From Candidatus Collierbacteria bacterium RIFOXYD2_FULL_45_13 (GTDB lineage Bacteria; Patescibacteriota; Microgenomatia; UBA1400; MFAQ01): a DNA stretch of 64,000 nt. The position numbers were made by a program, and so were the translations under genes. Position 1 is the stretch's first letter. The number at the start of each line of letters is the position of its first letter. The stretch lies in contig MFAS01000001.1 in the NCBI GenBank assembly GCA_001774685.1, positions 415,557 through 479,556 on the forward strand, written 5' to 3'. Under the pieces are notes generated by a model, which ran no database searches, had not been told where the DNA came from, and saw nothing but the letters and a program-made list of their open reading frames with translations. Positions 62,152 through 64,000 of the stretch are shown one piece after another.

Positions 62152-64000
62152 ATGAAGCAAAAGATATCGAAGAAAATCCTCTCCGTTATTCTAACGTTCA
62201 ATCTTGTCCTACAATCCTTCTCACCTTTCTTGGTTTCACCTGTCTACGCTGACGATTCGACTCCATCTGCCACTCCTACTGAAGAAGTTACTCCCACTGT
62301 CGACCCTACCCCTACCGAAGAAATTACTCCTACACCAGAAATCACTCCCGAAGTTACTCCCACTGTCGAACCGACACCTACTCCAACAGTTGAAATCACT
62401 CCGACGCCAGATATTACTCCTGAAATTACTCCCATTCCCACCGACGCCATCGTTCCCGATGAAACTCCTACTCCCACCGTTGAGATAACCCCGACTTTCG
62501 AAGTAACCCCTACTACCGAGCCCACCATTGCCGACGAACCATCTTCCAACACCGATTCTCATGCTCCTCCGGCTTCAGACACTACTACTAATAGTACCGA
62601 CACCTCTTCTACCACCATTCCTGAATCTGTTACCGTCGCCACCCAACTTTCCCAAGCCCTTCTACCACAGCCCACCCTCACCTCCGACAAAGCCGACTAT
62701 TTCCCCACCGACATTGCATATATCTACGGAACAGGTTTTAATTCCGGAGAAACTTACACTCTCCACATAATCTCTTCCGACATGCCCATGGTTTCTTTCA
62801 AAGACGAGGTCACGGCCGATGAAAACGGCATGTTCACCTACGCCTACCAGCTCGACGGCCACTACCGTCCCAATTACTCCGTCGATGCCCTCGACGCCTC
62901 GGAAACAATTGTCGCTACTTACACATTTACCGACGCAGCCAAAATTACTGCCAAAAGTCATGACGGCGAAATGTCTGATGGAGCATATGCTGGGGGAAAT
63001 GTCACCACTTATTCAGAGGGGGACTACATAAATTTCCGCTTCAATGTAGAGACGAAGGACAGCCCCACCAGTGGTCAAGTTCAAGTTCGGTTTACTGGTG
63101 ATGACGGTACTTGTTTATTTTTCGACAACTATTTTTCATTAGGGTCTATCGTTAATGTTTCCGGTACCAGTCCGACCATCACTTATTCCAGCGGTCCGAC
63201 GGCCGACAGTTTTGGAACCTCAAACGGTGAGTGGATTGTCGTTTTGAATGCCAGCTCAACTTCCAATGGAGAAGCCACTGTGTATTACACTCTCAAACTC
63301 TCTGATGAAGCTGGTCAATGCAACGGTTCGTCTCAACATAGCCGCCTAAATCCTGGTGGTGGTGATGTTGCTCAGCAGGGAGCACAAAACGTTCCTGTTC
63401 CTGCCAATCAAGTTATTGAACTCCCCGAGATCACCGTTACCAAGATGATTGATCGGGATGGAAACGGATCTTTTGAATCCACAGCTTTGGCTAGCGAATT
63501 CTCTTTTACTCTGGACGGAACAACCACCCTAAATACAAACTCCAGCGGTCAAGTCACTTTTGTCAACGTAGTCCCCGATGGCAGTCACTCAATTACTGAA
63601 AGCCAAGTTGATTTTTCGCAGGGAACTTACTCTTTCGCTTCCGGAACTGGAACAAACTGTACCTTTGCCGACGGCACCGCCACTGCGGTTATCGCGGCCG
63701 GAACCACCCCTACCAACGCATCTTGTACTTTTAACAATGCCCGCAACACAGGCAGTCTTCAAGTTCTCAAAAATGTAGATCTTAACGGCGACGGTGATTA
63801 CACCGATGAGGGAGAAACCGGATCTACTGCTTGGACTTGGGATATCACTGGCGGTGAACAGGATATAGCCACTGGCCAAACAAAAACCCTCACTACCGGT
63901 GACTACACTATTTCCGAAGACGGACAAACAGACTTTAGTCTCGTAAGTTGGTCATGTTCAGATGATTCAAGAGGAATTACAAATTCTATTCCAGTTACCA
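62152..64000 (+). CDS. Large secreted surface protein (3'-truncated) with an EITPTP-repeat stalk and repeated beta-rich adhesin/pilin-like domains
   Basis: Hand-read frame from ATG 62152 (MKQKISKKILSVILTFNLVLQSFSP...VYADDSTPSATPTEEVTP...TSDKADY...) appears open to the window end; absent from the track because it has no stop. Confidence 0.8.
   Translation, partial: MKQKISKKILSVILTFNLVLQSFSPFLVSPVYADDSTPSATPTEEVTPTVDPTPTEEITPTPEITPEVTPTVEPTPTPTVEITPTPDITPEITPIPTDAIVPDETPTPTVEITPTFEVTPTTEPTIADEPSSNTDSHAPPASDTTTNSTDTSSTTIPESVTVATQLSQALLPQPTLTSDKADYFPTDIAYIYGTGFNSGETYTLHIISSDMPMVSFKDEVTADENGMFTYAYQLDGHYRPNYSVDALDASETIVATYTFTDAAKITAKSHDGEMSDGAYAGGNVTTYSEGDYINFRFNVETKDSPTSGQVQVRFTGDDGTCLFFDNYFSLGSIVNVSGTSPTITYSSGPTADSFGTSNGEWIVVLNASSTSNGEATVYYTLKLSDEAGQCNGSSQHSRLNPGGGDVAQQGAQNVPVPANQVIELPEITVTKMIDRDGNGSFESTALASEFSFTLDGTTTLNTNSSGQVTFVNVVPDGSHSITESQVDFSQGTYSFASGTGTNCTFADGTATAVIAAGTTPTNASCTFNNARNTGSLQVLKNVDLNGDGDYTDEGETGSTAWTWDITGGEQDIATGQTKTLTTGDYTISEDGQTDFSLVSWSCSDDSRGITNSIPVT

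Noticed and set aside
62250-62530. Tandem-like DNA repeats (also 58740-58940)
   Set aside because: They encode Thr/Pro-rich linkers (EITPTP) in surface proteins; the overlapping track ORFs are off-frame or antisense shadows.
1-64000. Alternative genetic code (UGA=Gly/Trp, as in Gracilibacteria/Absconditabacteria)
   Set aside because: Conserved genes end properly at TGA, long ORFs are intact under code 11, and prfB is present.

Overview
Gene-dense bacterial chromosomal segment using genetic code 11 (TGA stops, tRNA-Trp(CCA), prfB present). Its content points, by inference, to a Patescibacteria/CPR genome, probably Microgenomates-like: short ProRS, truncated TsaB, ATP-cone/Mrr fusion, DUF5652 and DUF2207 proteins, many Thr/Pro-rich surface proteins, almost no biosynthetic genes, and many apparently leaderless genes. 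Housekeeping genes are lgt, proS, rlmB-type methylase, greA, serS, secA, cyclophilin, nfo, a MacAB-type exporter, prfB, ftsEX, tsaE, tsaB and three tRNAs (Trp, Arg, Glu). The most notable items are: (1) a minus-strand 4-gene accessory island at 51.6-57.4 kb (toxin-like PD-(D/E)xK nuclease, two unknown proteins, Zn-ribbon/DEAH-helicase/2xS1 fusion), followed directly by a structured ncRNA of about 290 nt that is partly 6S-like; (2) an ultrashort-Stem-I T-box riboswitch with a Ser specifier upstream of serS; (3) an AT-rich operon of two small paralogue-like proteins, a caspase/CHAT-fold protease and a degenerate IS200-like protein next to tRNA-Glu; (4) a RaSEA-like radical SAM gene between an NrtR-like regulator and a nucleotidyltransferase-PRTase fusion; (5) a leader-peptide attenuator upstream of an ABC exporter; (6) a dispersed palindromic repeat family that has entered coding sequences; (7) several stand-alone small-RNA candidates. 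All family calls come from motif recognition by eye; no database searches were run.
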